Assembly (NCBI RefSeq): GCF_022846255.1
Contig: NZ_AP025682.1
Source: Escherichia coli
GTDB taxonomy: Bacteria > Pseudomonadota > Gammaproteobacteria > Enterobacterales > Enterobacteriaceae
Direction: 5' to 3' (one strand)
DNA length: 64,000 nt
Part shown: positions 1 through 9,583 of the stretch, piece by piece
Numbering within the stretch: the stretch's first letter is position 1
Layout of the letters: each line of letters opens with the position of its first letter
The notes under the pieces: generated by a model
Databases searched by the model: none
Told to the model about the DNA's origin: nothing
Seen by the model: only the letters and a program-made list of their open reading frames with translations
Made by a program: the position numbers and the translations under genes

Positions 1-651
1 GTTGTCCTGCAAGGTGCCAAGCCCATCTTCGCCCGGCACGCCTTCGGTCGGCTGACCGCTGGCGGCGGTTTCCAGATAGAGGTTGTCGCCCTCGGCGGAA
101 AGCCCCGCCGGGTTGGCGAAGTTCACCAGCGTCAGTTGCCCTAACTCGGTCACGTCGCTGTCGCCGGGTAAGATCGCCGTCACCGTACCGTCCTCACCAA
201 ACGCGACGTTGGTCGCCCCCGCCGGAACGTCGATTTCCGGCTGCAACGGCAAGCCCTGCGAGTTGGTCAGTACGCCGTCAGCGTTCACCTGCAAGTTGCC
301 GTCGCGGGTATAAGCGATATCGCCGTTGGCCTTTTGCACCTGCAAAAATCCCAGCCCCATAATGGCGACATTCATCGCGTTGTCGGTGGTTTCGACGTTG
401 CCTTCGGTGAAGGTTTTCTGAGTGCCGACAATGCGTACGCCGCTACCGAATTGCAGCCCGGTCGGCATAATGTTGTTCTGATCGAGCATCGCGCCCGGCG
501 CTTCCTGGGTCTGGTAAAACAGATCCTGAAACATCACCCGGTCGCGCTTAAAGCCTGTGGTGTTAACGTTGGCGATGTTGTTGGCAATCGCGCTCATTTC
601 AGCATCCTGCGCTGAGAGGCCGGTTTTGCTGATCCATAGTGCTGCGTTCAT
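1..651 (-). CDS. lfgG: Flagellar distal rod protein FlgG (Flag-2 lateral system), 3' end beyond window
   Basis: Reverse-strand ATG at 649-651 translates MNAALWISKTGLSAQDA..., a typical FlgG/rod N-terminus; open to window edge; not in ORF track because truncated. Confidence 0.8.
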   Translation of the reverse strand, partial: MNAALWISKTGLSAQDAEMSAIANNIANVNTTGFKRDRVMFQDLFYQTQEAPGAMLDQNNIMPTGLQFGSGVRIVGTQKTFTEGNVETTDNAMNVAIMGLGFLQVQKANGDIAYTRDGNLQVNADGVLTNSQGLPLQPEIDVPAGATNVAFGEDGTVTAILPGDSDVTELGQLTLVNFANPAGLSAEGDNLYLETAASGQPTEGVPGEDGLGTLQDN

Positions 652-686
652 GGTGGTAAATTCCGTGTTATTTTTTGGCCGCGGTT

Positions 687-721
<35 letters not shown>

Positions 722-729
722 ATGTGCGG

Positions 730-1467
730 TTACGAGCCGCGCAATAAGCGGTTGCCCGCGTCGCTGATATCTTCGGCGGTTTTCATCATCTTGATCTGCG
801 CTTCGAACTGGCGGTTCATGGCGATGGACGACATCATCTCACTCACCGCCGAGACGTTGCTGCCCTCGAGAAAACCGCCGCTGACTTTGATGTTTTCATC
901 GCGCTGGGCCGGAACGCCGTCGGCAGTCACCAGCATCCCTTCAGGATTTTTCGCCAGGTTAGCGACCGGAATATCCACCAGCTTCAGGCGGTCGATATCC
1001 ATCGTCGCGGTCACGTCGCCGTCATCGGGCGTCACCGACAGCGTGCCGTCGCTGCCAAAAGAGGCGATGGCGTTCGGCGGCAGAATAATCGGCCCGTTAT
1101 CCCCCAGCACCAGATTGCCGTCGATGGTCAGTTGCCCCTGGTCGTCCTGCTGAATGTTGCCGTTGCGGGTATAGACTTCGTTGCCGTTTTTATCCTGCAC
1201 CGCAATGTAACCCGCGCCCTGAATCGCCACGTCCAGCGGGCGTTCGGTTTTCTCCGCCACACCCGTGCTGTCGTTCACGCCGCTGGCCCCTTCCTGCGCC
1301 ATATAGCGAGTGTCGAAGCCGCCGCCTTTCACCTTGTCATTGGTCGCCATTGCCATATCGGCGCGAAAACCGTTGGTGTTGACGTTCGCCAGGTTGTTGG
1401 CGCTAATCTGCTGCTCATACAACGTCTGAGAAGCCCCGCTCAGGGCGGTATAAATCAAGCGATCCAT
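730..1467 (-). CDS. lfgF: Flagellar proximal rod protein FlgF
   Basis: 245 aa; MDRLIYTALSGASQTL...NNLANVNTNGFRAD rod N-terminal motif and conserved C-terminus; 1-nt overlap with upstream flgE stop. Confidence 0.85.
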   Translation of the reverse strand: MDRLIYTALSGASQTLYEQQISANNLANVNTNGFRADMAMATNDKVKGGGFDTRYMAQEGASGVNDSTGVAEKTERPLDVAIQGAGYIAVQDKNGNEVYTRNGNIQQDDQGQLTIDGNLVLGDNGPIILPPNAIASFGSDGTLSVTPDDGDVTATMDIDRLKLVDIPVANLAKNPEGMLVTADGVPAQRDENIKVSGGFLEGSNVSAVSEMMSSIAMNRQFEAQIKMMKTAEDISDAGNRLLRGS

Positions 1468-2669
1468 TACATTGCCTGGAACAGCGCGTCATCGAGCTGC
1501 GTGCTGGTGGCGATCACTTTGGTGTTGGCCTGATAGTTACGCTGGGCGGTCATCAGGTTAACCAGTTCGCTGGTAATATCGACGTTAGAGCTCTCAAGCG
1601 CTCCCGACGTGAGCGTGCCGCAGGTTCCGGAACCGGGAACACCAATCAGTGGCGTGCCGGATTCCCCGGTTTGTACCCACGCGGTACCGCTTACGGCTTG
1701 CAGGCCGTCGTCGTTAGGGAAAGTCGCCAGCACCACCTGGCCCTGCAACATGCGCTCGCCGTTGCTGTAGGTGGCGTAAACTTTGCCATCGTCATCGACC
1801 TGCACACCGTTCTGAGTCGCGGAGGCGTAGCCGTCGGCGGCGTTGGTGGTGACAGAAAATTCAGAACCGTATTGCGTACAGGTGGAGTAATCGACGGTCA
1901 AATCGATGGGCGCGGCGGCGTCGGTCTGAAACTCAATGGTCTGCGGCGTGGTTGGCGAAGTCAGCTTCCCGGTGTTCGGGTCGAAGGTTAACGTCGTCGC
2001 CGGAACGCCGGTCTGCTGCTGACCGTCGAAGGTGTACTGCACTTCCCAGGTGTTGTCGCTGGTTTTGGTGAAGTACTGGCATACCGAGTGTTCGTTACCT
2101 AATGAGTCGTACACCGTGGTGGTGTAGCTGTCGGTGTACGAGCTGCTGTTGGTCGCGTCGAACGGTACGGTAGTGCGGTCGATAGCGTCGTCGCTGGCAT
2201 CGAAGTTGGCGGTAAAGGTCAGGCTGCTACTGGCCTGCGCCGGAATATTGCCAGTTTTGATCTGGATATCGGTGACTGTACCGGTTTGCAGAGTGCCCGT
2301 GTCATCGACCGGATAGCCCTGCAAATAAGCGCCCGAGGCGTTGACGATATAGCCGTTTTTGTCGGTTTCAAACGATCCAGCGCGGGTATAAGAAATGTTG
2401 CCCGCGCTGTCGCAGGTAACAAAAAAACCGTCGTCGTTAATCGCCAGATCCAGCGCGTTACCAGTGGAGACCAGCGAACCGCCGCGCGAAATACTTTGCG
2501 CGGTGCCCGCCACGCTGACGCCCATCGCCTGGCTTCCGGCATACATGGCGGAAAACTGGGTGGTCATCGACTTATAGCCCACCGTTCCGGCGTTAGCGAT
2601 GTTGTTACTGATCCCGTCGAGCTGTTCGTTAACGGCATTCAGCCCCGTTGCGGCAATTTCATAACTCAT
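1467..2669 (-). CDS. lfgE: Flagellar hook protein FlgE
   Basis: 400 aa; N-terminus GLNAVNEQLDGISNNIANAGTVGYK and C-terminal NVDITSELVNLMTAQRNYQANTK hook/rod signature. Confidence 0.85.
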   Translation of the reverse strand: MSYEIAATGLNAVNEQLDGISNNIANAGTVGYKSMTTQFSAMYAGSQAMGVSVAGTAQSISRGGSLVSTGNALDLAINDDGFFVTCDSAGNISYTRAGSFETDKNGYIVNASGAYLQGYPVDDTGTLQTGTVTDIQIKTGNIPAQASSSLTFTANFDASDDAIDRTTVPFDATNSSSYTDSYTTTVYDSLGNEHSVCQYFTKTSDNTWEVQYTFDGQQQTGVPATTLTFDPNTGKLTSPTTPQTIEFQTDAAAPIDLTVDYSTCTQYGSEFSVTTNAADGYASATQNGVQVDDDGKVYATYSNGERMLQGQVVLATFPNDDGLQAVSGTAWVQTGESGTPLIGVPGSGTCGTLTSGALESSNVDITSELVNLMTAQRNYQANTKVIATSTQLDDALFQAM

Positions 2670-2692
2670 TGTTTCTTCCTGTTAATTGATTC

Positions 2693-3406
2693 TTACGCCA
2701 CATCACTGTCGGCATCGGGTACGCCAAACTGGCTAATCATGGTGAACGGCACTTCACCTACACCTGCAACGTTAAGTACCGGGGAGCTGCCGTCGAGCGG
2801 GATGCGCACATCTTCCACTTCGCCGGAGACTTCAATCGGTACCTCTTCTTCCCCGGTGTTGGTCACCACCGAGACGTCGTAATCGCCCGGCGGGATGCCG
2901 TAATCCGCCGGATTAATCGAGAAATCGACCTGGCCTGGCCCAACCGACGAACTCCCTTCCGGGATCAGCGAGACGGTGTAGTCATCGCCCGCAGCATCGG
3001 TAAAGTGGAGATCGGCGGTGGTACAGGCGTCATCCAGCGTGGCGCGACCGTTAATGGTCTGATCACTCACCTGCAAGGCGGTGGTCTGCACCATAATGTC
3101 GTCGCCCACCAGATTGCCGAGCGCCATCACCTGAATGTTGCTCATCAGCACCGCGTTGGTGTTGGCCTGCACGCTCATCTCTTCCATCATCGCCACCTGC
3201 GCCATCGAAGAAAGCTGGTCGATATATTCGGTGGCGTCAGTCGGGTCGGTCGGGTCCTGGTTTTGGATCTCAGCGACAAACAGCGTCAGGAAGGTATCGA
3301 CGGGCGAGCTATCGCTGCTACTTTGCGTGTCGCTGGCCGCCACGTTGTTGCTTTCCGCCGTGGCGGTCGGCTGCGGCGATTGCGCATTCAGCGCCAGGGT
3401 ATTCAT
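2693..3406 (-). CDS. lfgD: Hook capping/assembly protein FlgD
   Basis: 237 aa; FLTLFVAEIQNQDPTDPTD motif characteristic of FlgD. Confidence 0.8.
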   Translation of the reverse strand: MNTLALNAQSPQPTATAESNNVAASDTQSSSDSSPVDTFLTLFVAEIQNQDPTDPTDATEYIDQLSSMAQVAMMEEMSVQANTNAVLMSNIQVMALGNLVGDDIMVQTTALQVSDQTINGRATLDDACTTADLHFTDAAGDDYTVSLIPEGSSSVGPGQVDFSINPADYGIPPGDYDVSVVTNTGEEEVPIEVSGEVEDVRIPLDGSSPVLNVAGVGEVPFTMISQFGVPDADSDVA

Positions 3407-3837
3407 CAGGCTTCTCCCAGTTTCAGCAGGCTTTGCTGCATACTTTTCACGTTGTTGAGCACATCGACATTGGTTTCAAAATCGCGCGAGGCCGACATCA
3501 TGTCCGCCATCTGTTCCACCACGTTGACGTCGGGATACCAGACATCCCCGTTAGCATCGGCGAGCGGCGAATGTGGTTCATAGCGTTTCACCGCCCCGCC
3601 GGTTTGCAGCACGTCCTGCACCTGCACGCTGGCACCGTCAATGGCGTGGCGATGCGTTCCCGCCAGCAAGCTGTTGTGATACACCGCCGCAAACACCGGG
3701 CTGCGCGCTTTATACGCCTGCGCCTCGCTGCTGGCGGGCGCATTGGCATTCGCCAGGTTACTGGCAACGGTATTCAGACGCAGCGTTTGCGCCGTCATCG
3801 CCGAGCCGGAAATCTGATAGATATCAGTAAATGACAT
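3406..3837 (-). CDS. lfgC: Flagellar basal-body rod protein FlgC
   Basis: 143 aa; LRLNTVASNLANANAP rod motif; position between flgB and flgD. Confidence 0.85.
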   Translation of the reverse strand: MSFTDIYQISGSAMTAQTLRLNTVASNLANANAPASSEAQAYKARSPVFAAVYHNSLLAGTHRHAIDGASVQVQDVLQTGGAVKRYEPHSPLADANGDVWYPDVNVVEQMADMMSASRDFETNVDVLNNVKSMQQSLLKLGEA

Positions 3838-3839
3838 GC

Positions 3840-4205
3840 TTATTTCCCTTCAATGGCCTCTCTGATGCCGCTGATTTGCAGATTCAGAAAGGTCAGACTG
3901 CTTTGATAATCCATACTATTTTGTGAAAACCGCGCCTGTTCGCTGTTCAGTTCCACGGTGTTGCCATCTTCCGACGGCTGCATCGGCACGCGGTACTGGA
4001 CATCCACCGCCGCGTTATTTGCCCGTTGCATCTCCCTGGCAAAATCAATATCTTTAGCCTTGAAATTTGGCGTATCGACGTTCGCCAGATTCGCAGTCAG
4101 TAGCTCGGTCCTCTCAAGACGTAACTTCACTGCCTGCGGATGCACTCCCAATGCCTGTTGAAAACTGATCCCCATTTCTTGCGTCACTCCTGCTTCAATC
4201 CGCAT
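3840..4205 (-). CDS. lfgB: Flagellar basal-body rod protein FlgB (true start probably the internal ATG at 4175)
   Basis: ANLANVDTPNFKAKDIDF rod motif; the sigma-54 promoter at 4212-4227 leaves too little leader for the 4205 start; a GGAG RBS precedes the ATG at 4175. Confidence 0.8.
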   Translation of the reverse strand: MRIEAGVTQEMGISFQQALGVHPQAVKLRLERTELLTANLANVDTPNFKAKDIDFAREMQRANNAAVDVQYRVPMQPSEDGNTVELNSEQARFSQNSMDYQSSLTFLNLQISGIREAIEGK

Positions 4206-4211
4206 ACGCTA

Positions 4212-4227
4212 AGCAATCGCCGTGCCA
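4212..4227 (-). promoter_or_regulatory. Sigma-54 (RpoN) -24/-12 promoter for the lfgBCDEFG operon
   Basis: Reverse complement reads TGGCACggcgaTTGCT, a perfect TGGCAC-N5-TTGCW match; a sigma-54 activator (lafK) is encoded in the same locus. Confidence 0.6.
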
Positions 4228-4256
4228 TTTTTTAAGTGACTGATGAGAAAAGGTTT

Positions 4257-4994
4257 ATGAGTTTTCAATTTTGCAGGCGGAAGTTTTATTTCCTCCTGGC
4301 GCTGGCCTTACCGGGCTACGCCGCCGTCCATCCCGTGCAACATAGCGCGCGGGAACAAGTCAACGCCCAGGTGCTGAATGCCGCCAGCCAGCAGATTGAA
4401 TCGCTAGCGCAGCAGCGGCAGTGGCATGACTATCGCTACACCTTTAAGGTCTACATTCCCTCGCAGATTTCGACTGCCGCGCCCTGCGCTACGGCCCCCG
4501 GCGTCACGCTGACTTCGCCTGCGGAAATCGCTCTCAACCGGATGAACTTCACCGTCAGTTGCCCGCAAAGCTGGCAGATGAACGTCGCGGTGCGCCCGGA
4601 TGTTCTGGTACCGGTGGTGATGGCAAAGTCACTGGTTGCCCGCGATACGCCGCTCACGGCAAATGATGTGGAGCTGAAGCCCTACAACGTCAGCGCCCAG
4701 CGTCGCGATGTGTTGATGGAGCTTGATGACGCGATTGGTTTCAGCAGTAAACACGCGTTGCAGCCGGGCAGGCCAATCACCAAAGAAGAACTGATATCTC
4801 CGGTGCTGGTCGAGCGCGATCAACCGGTGATGATTGTTTACCAGAGCGCGGGGATCAGCGCCTCGCTGCCCGGCGTGGCGCTGAAAAATGGTCGTAAGGG
4901 CGAGATGGTGAAAGTGCGTAACGCCAGCAGCCAGCGGGTCATCAGCGCGATGGTGGCAGAAAGCGGCGTGGTGACGACGGTAAGCGCGGAGTAA
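4257..4994 (+). CDS. lfgA: Flagellar P-ring assembly chaperone FlgA
   Basis: ORF from 4236 (GTG) with likely ATG start at 4257; signal-peptide-like N-terminus; divergent from flgB as in flg loci; C-terminal SAF-like region. Confidence 0.75.
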   Translation: MSFQFCRRKFYFLLALALPGYAAVHPVQHSAREQVNAQVLNAASQQIESLAQQRQWHDYRYTFKVYIPSQISTAAPCATAPGVTLTSPAEIALNRMNFTVSCPQSWQMNVAVRPDVLVPVVMAKSLVARDTPLTANDVELKPYNVSAQRRDVLMELDDAIGFSSKHALQPGRPITKEELISPVLVERDQPVMIVYQSAGISASLPGVALKNGRKGEMVKVRNASSQRVISAMVAESGVVTTVSAE

Positions 4995-5074
4995 TTTGCG
5001 CAGGCGATTAAAGTTTTGCCGCCTGTTAACCGCTTTACTGGAGTAACCCACCTAAATACCGAGACGAGGTTGCG

Positions 5075-5353
5075 ATGAAAATCACCCCGACTATGCCAGG
5101 CAATCGCCCGACAGCCACAACGGCTGGCTCCAGCCAGCCACGCAAAAGCACGGCGACCACCACCACGACGCAGAGCGCAGACGACATTACCCAGGCGGGA
5201 TTGCAGTCTGCCCAGCAAACGCTGAACGACCAGCAAGAGAGCGATATCGACAGCGATAAAGTGGCGCAAATGCAGGCGATGCTGGCGTCCGGCAGCCTGC
5301 AAGTGGACACCGAACAGTTAGCCAGCGACATGCTGAGTTTTTTCCAGAACTAA
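5075..5353 (+). CDS. lfgM: Anti-sigma-28 factor FlgM
   Basis: 92 aa; C-terminal DSDKVAQMQAMLASGSLQVDTEQLASDML is the FlgM sigma-28 binding region. Confidence 0.8.
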   Translation: MKITPTMPGNRPTATTAGSSQPRKSTATTTTTQSADDITQAGLQSAQQTLNDQQESDIDSDKVAQMQAMLASGSLQVDTEQLASDMLSFFQN

Positions 5354-5365
5354 GAGGCCGATGAA

Positions 5366-5794
5366 GTGAGTATCCGGTTACAACAGGTGAAGGCGTTGTT
5401 GCAGGGCATTCGTGACGACGACGCACTGTACGATTCCCTGCGCGAACTTCTCCAGCGTCAGCGGATCTGCATGATTCGCCGCGCCAGCGAAGATCTGCTG
5501 GCGGTAAACGACGAGATAACGCAGCACTATGAACAGTTGCATGGGCATAGCCATCAGCGGCACAGCCTGCTGAAAATGCTTAATGTCAGTGTAAATCGTG
5601 ACGGTCTGGCGCAGGTTTTTGCCTGGCTTCCGGCTGTGCAAAAAGCAGCAGCACAACAGTTGTGGCAACGCCTTGAGCAAAAAGCGGAACGCTGCAAAGC
5701 CTACAACGACAAAAACGGCGAGCTGTTGATTCGCCAGTATGAATTTATTCAGTCTTTTTTAGGCGGCGAAACAGATTTTCTGTACCAGGAATAA
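5366..5794 (+). CDS. lfgN: Flagellar export chaperone FlgN (GTG start)
   Basis: 142 aa helical protein directly after flgM; size and position typical of FlgN. Confidence 0.65.
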   Translation: MSIRLQQVKALLQGIRDDDALYDSLRELLQRQRICMIRRASEDLLAVNDEITQHYEQLHGHSHQRHSLLKMLNVSVNRDGLAQVFAWLPAVQKAAAQQLWQRLEQKAERCKAYNDKNGELLIRQYEFIQSFLGGETDFLYQE

Positions 5795-5882
5795 CGACAA
5801 TTCCTTCCGCCATCGCGGAAACGGATTTTCCGCCTGATTCTCAATCCCTTGTTTTTGATTACAAAAATTCCCGGCACGCTTA

Positions 5883-6851
5883 TTGCACATTCCGCAAAGT
5901 AATAAAGACTGGAAGCCACCTATGAGTTTTATTGAATGTTACGAACCGGAATACGTGCGCAATTTTATGACGCAATATCCCGATTCGCCTTTGTACGTCC
6001 GCAAGGTCTGGAAGAATGAGATTCGCCAGAGCCTGGCATTGACCGATATTGAAAGTTGCAAAGCGGTGCTCAACGATGCCAGGGCCTTTGATTTACAGCT
6101 CACCTACCGCCCTGTGGAAGACAATGCCGCCGAGCTATCCGCGCGCGATGCGATAGTAAACCAGGCCATTTTGAGCACCCTTACGCTCCCCGATTTAACC
6201 CCGGAGCTTTCCCTGTATGCCGTCGGGATTTTGCTCTCCCGCGCCAGTAAAATGCCGGGCAGAGACGGAGATATTCTTGCCCGCTTGACGACGCTGCCAC
6301 AGGCGCTGGGGGATCATGCACAAAAAGGCACGCTACAGGCACAGTTCGCCCAACTCCCACCCGTGCCACAACTGGCGCGCCAACTGGTGACGCTGCTCGG
6401 GAGTTTTGCGTTTGACTGGTCGATTTTGCCGGAAAGCCCGCGCAAAGCCTCGCTACCGTTGCAGGTGACTTTGCTGACGTTGCATGACGCCAACAGCGAA
6501 GCTTTGTTGCAACAGCAGCTTAAGGTGCAGTGGCAAACCACCTGGCAACAGCATTTTGCCGCCGCGCCGTGGATGATGCGCAACTGGCTGATTTACCGAG
6601 TTTATCACGACGTGATTGGGCAGGCAGACGGAGCAGATTATTGCCCGCTGGTGTGTGATTTTTATCTCATCCGCACGTTAATCAGTTTATGGACGCTGGA
6701 TGGTTCTGCGCTGCGGCAGGAGGATATTTTCGCCCTCTTTGCCATGTTTGAACGCTGGCGGACCAGTGAAAATGCGCTGTTTATTCGCCAGCAAATTCAG
6801 TCGTTATGTGCCGCAGAGCCGCTGCTGTCAGCGTTTTCGCTGCTGACGTGA
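5883..6851 (+). CDS. Hypothetical protein in the Flag-2 variable region
   Basis: 322-aa ORF with no recognisable motif; located between lfgN and the glycosyltransferase gene. Confidence 0.5.
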   Translation: MHIPQSNKDWKPPMSFIECYEPEYVRNFMTQYPDSPLYVRKVWKNEIRQSLALTDIESCKAVLNDARAFDLQLTYRPVEDNAAELSARDAIVNQAILSTLTLPDLTPELSLYAVGILLSRASKMPGRDGDILARLTTLPQALGDHAQKGTLQAQFAQLPPVPQLARQLVTLLGSFAFDWSILPESPRKASLPLQVTLLTLHDANSEALLQQQLKVQWQTTWQQHFAAAPWMMRNWLIYRVYHDVIGQADGADYCPLVCDFYLIRTLISLWTLDGSALRQEDIFALFAMFERWRTSENALFIRQQIQSLCAAEPLLSAFSLLT

Positions 6852-6870
6852 GTCGCTCTGTGCGCGCTTT

Positions 6871-6980
6871 GCCCCTCACCCTAACCCTCTCCCCAAAGGG
6901 GCGAGGGGACCGATCGAGCACGGTGTTAAAATCGGCGCTGGTTTTCTCCCTCTCCCTGTGGGAGGGGGTCGGGGTGAGGG
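6871..6980. repeat. Intergenic palindromic repeat (CCCTCTCCC...GGGAGGGGG family), two inverted units
   Basis: gcccctcaccctaaccctctccccaaaggggcgagggg and ctccctctccctgtgggagggggtcggggtgaggg form nested inverted repeats; related copies at 23085-23140 and 25741-25824. Confidence 0.6.
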
Positions 6981-7029
6981 CATCAGCGCGCACATTCATC
7001 ACATTCACCCATTAACTCACCCAGACACC

Positions 7030-9474
7030 ATGCCAACACCGACCATCATCAAAACACTCGCCACCCACCGCGAAAAACCGTTCGTCAGCGTCGTCACGCC
7101 AACCTGGAACCGCGGCGCATTCCTGCCGTACCTGCTTTATATGTACCGCTATCAGGACTACCCGGCAGACCGCCGCGAACTGGTCATCCTCGACGATTCC
7201 CCGCAAAGCCATCAACACATCATCGACCGCCTGACCAATGGCACGCCGGAGTCCTTCAACATCCGCTACATCCATCACCCGGAAAAACTGCCGCTGGGCA
7301 AAAAACGCAACATGCTCAACGAACTGGCGCGCGGCGAATACATCCTCTGCATGGACGATGACGACTACTACCCGGCAGATAAAATCTCTTACACCATCGC
7401 TATGATGCAAAAAAACCGGGCGCTCATCTCCGGTTCCGACCAGATCCCCATCTGGTACAGCCACATCAATCGCATCTTTCAAAGCCGCAGCTTCGGCCCG
7501 CATAACATCCTCAACGGCACCTTTTGCTATCACCGTAACTACCTGAAAAAGCACCGCTACGATGACGATTGCAATTTAGGCGAAGAGAAAAGTTTCACCG
7601 ACAATTTCAGCGCTAACCCGCTACAACTGCCCGGCGAGCGCACGATTTTGTGTATCTCGCACAGCCACAACACCTTTGATAAAGACTTTATCCTCGGGGC
7701 CAGCACGCCTGTAAACGCGGCGCTTACGGATATCGTCAGCGATCCGCTGCTACGCAACGCTTATCTGGGTCTGCATAACGCCACTCATTATCAGGCGATC
7801 CAGCATCAGGCGATCGATCAGATCGTTCTGCTGAATCTGGATAAACGCCCGGATCGCTTACAGCAGATCCGTGAAGAACTGACATTGCTGCATATTCCGC
7901 CTGAGAAGATCACCCGCCTTGCCGCCAGTGAAAATGAAAACGGTCAACGGGGCCGCCAGCAATCACACTTGCAGGCGCTGCATCTGGCGCAACAGCACGG
8001 CTGGCAAAACTATCTGCTGCTGGAAGATGACGCGGTTATTCTCAAACAGGAGAAACATATTCAGGTGCTGAACGCGCTGCTGGCGAGCCTGGCGAAAATT
8101 CCCTGGCAGGTGATGATCCTCGGCGGCGAAATTTCGCAGGGAACGATGCTAAAAAGTTTGCCTGGGCTGGTGCACGCGCGGGACTGCCGCAAAGTGTGCG
8201 CTTATCTGGTGAACAGCCGCTACTACCTGCAGCTGGCGCAGCAGATGAACAACGATGAGCATTCGCTGGAAGGCGGCTGGCAGCCGCTGCTGCGCACCGA
8301 CAAATGGCTGGCCTGTTACCCGAGCCTTTGTTATCAGCGACCGGGCTTTAGTGATATCGAGAAAAAAGCGACTGATAACATTAACCACTACTTCAATAAG
8401 TTACCCGTAGCCACCAAGCCATCTACATTACCTATCGCCGATACCATCGGCTTTTTTATGGAAACCTCATTCCACTACGCGCTCTACCGCCCAATCATCA
8501 CTGCCCTACAGGCGCAAGGACAAAGCTGCACGCTGGTGATCAACGACCGCGTGTTTAAACCGTTTCTGGATGAAATGCTGAATACGTTAAAAAGCATCGA
8601 CGATCCACAGCTCAAAGGAATGCGCTTATCGGAAATGCAGGCACACGGTCAGCGAGTAAAATGCCTGGTCAGCCCCTATCACACGCCTGCGCTCAGTGGC
8701 CTTTCCCCCCTGAACATTCGCGCCATGTACGGCTTAGCCAAAGAAACGTGGAACCACGCCGACTGGAACCGTTTTTATCAGCGCATTTTGTGTTACAGCC
8801 ACTACAGTCAGCGGGCGCTGGCACATTTCGGCAGCGCAAAAGTGGTCGGCAACCCACGCTTCGACGCCTGGCATAACGGCACGTTCGACCGCGCTCTGCC
8901 GGAAAATATCCAACCCGATTCCCGTAAACCTACGGTGCTCTATGCCCCCACGTTTGGCGCATTAAGCTCCCTGCTCCACTGGGCAGAAAAATTGGGGCGT
9001 TTGAGCGGCGATGTGAACCTGATTTGCAAACTGCACCACGGCACCTGCTCGCGCCCGGAAGAAGCCGCATCGCTGGCACTGGCGCGCAGGCATTTAAAAC
9101 AGCGCACCGACTCTGCCCGCCACACGCTGGCGCTACTGGCAAAGGCCGATTACGTGCTCACCGATAACAGCGGGTTTATTTTCGATGCTATCCACGTTGA
9201 TAAACGGGTGATCCTGCTCGACTTTCCGGGCATGACGGAACTGCTCGACGGTGAGAAAAGCTACTCCACGGCAGAGAGCGCCGACCAGCGAATCCGCGAA
9301 ATATTGCCGGTGGCTCATGATGTTGCGGAACTGCGTTACTTATTGTCAGAGGTATTTGACTGGGGGGCGGTTCAGACGCGGCTTACGGAAATTCGCCATC
9401 ACTATTGCGATGCGTTTATGGATGGCAAGGCGGGAGAACGAGCGGCGTTGGTGATTGTGGAGGCGTTGGGGTAA
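7030..9474 (+). CDS. Multidomain glycosyltransferase: N-terminal GT2-like, central GT25-like, C-terminal CDP-glycerol glycerophosphotransferase (TagB/TagF)-like
   Basis: N-terminus VSVVTPTWNR...LDDS and ILCMDDDDYY (GT-A/GT2 signatures); C-terminus VLYAPTF and VLTDNSGFIFDAIHVDKRVILL resemble TagF-family motifs; ORF from 6958, likely ATG at 7030. Confidence 0.6.
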   Translation: MPTPTIIKTLATHREKPFVSVVTPTWNRGAFLPYLLYMYRYQDYPADRRELVILDDSPQSHQHIIDRLTNGTPESFNIRYIHHPEKLPLGKKRNMLNELARGEYILCMDDDDYYPADKISYTIAMMQKNRALISGSDQIPIWYSHINRIFQSRSFGPHNILNGTFCYHRNYLKKHRYDDDCNLGEEKSFTDNFSANPLQLPGERTILCISHSHNTFDKDFILGASTPVNAALTDIVSDPLLRNAYLGLHNATHYQAIQHQAIDQIVLLNLDKRPDRLQQIREELTLLHIPPEKITRLAASENENGQRGRQQSHLQALHLAQQHGWQNYLLLEDDAVILKQEKHIQVLNALLASLAKIPWQVMILGGEISQGTMLKSLPGLVHARDCRKVCAYLVNSRYYLQLAQQMNNDEHSLEGGWQPLLRTDKWLACYPSLCYQRPGFSDIEKKATDNINHYFNKLPVATKPSTLPIADTIGFFMETSFHYALYRPIITALQAQGQSCTLVINDRVFKPFLDEMLNTLKSIDDPQLKGMRLSEMQAHGQRVKCLVSPYHTPALSGLSPLNIRAMYGLAKETWNHADWNRFYQRILCYSHYSQRALAHFGSAKVVGNPRFDAWHNGTFDRALPENIQPDSRKPTVLYAPTFGALSSLLHWAEKLGRLSGDVNLICKLHHGTCSRPEEAASLALARRHLKQRTDSARHTLALLAKADYVLTDNSGFIFDAIHVDKRVILLDFPGMTELLDGEKSYSTAESADQRIREILPVAHDVAELRYLLSEVFDWGAVQTRLTEIRHHYCDAFMDGKAGERAALVIVEALG

Positions 9475-9484
9475 ACCGCGCAAG

Positions 9485-9561
9485 TGCCTGATGCGCTTCG
9501 CTTATCAGGCCTACGGATCGATCACGTCTTGTAGGCAGATAAGGCGTTTACGCCGCATCCG
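9485..9561. repeat. REP elements (two inverted units)
   Basis: tgcctgatgcgcttcgcttatcaggcctac and gtaggcagataaggcgtttacgccgcatccgg match the REP consensus. Confidence 0.7.
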
Positions 9562-9583
9562 GAAAGAAACAAACATCTCTGTG

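Noticed and set aside
4999-5030. Possible sigma-28 promoter upstream of lfgM (TAAAGTTT at 4999-5006)
   Set aside because: Perfect -35-like octamer, but no convincing GCCGATAA-like -10 at the expected spacing; left unannotated
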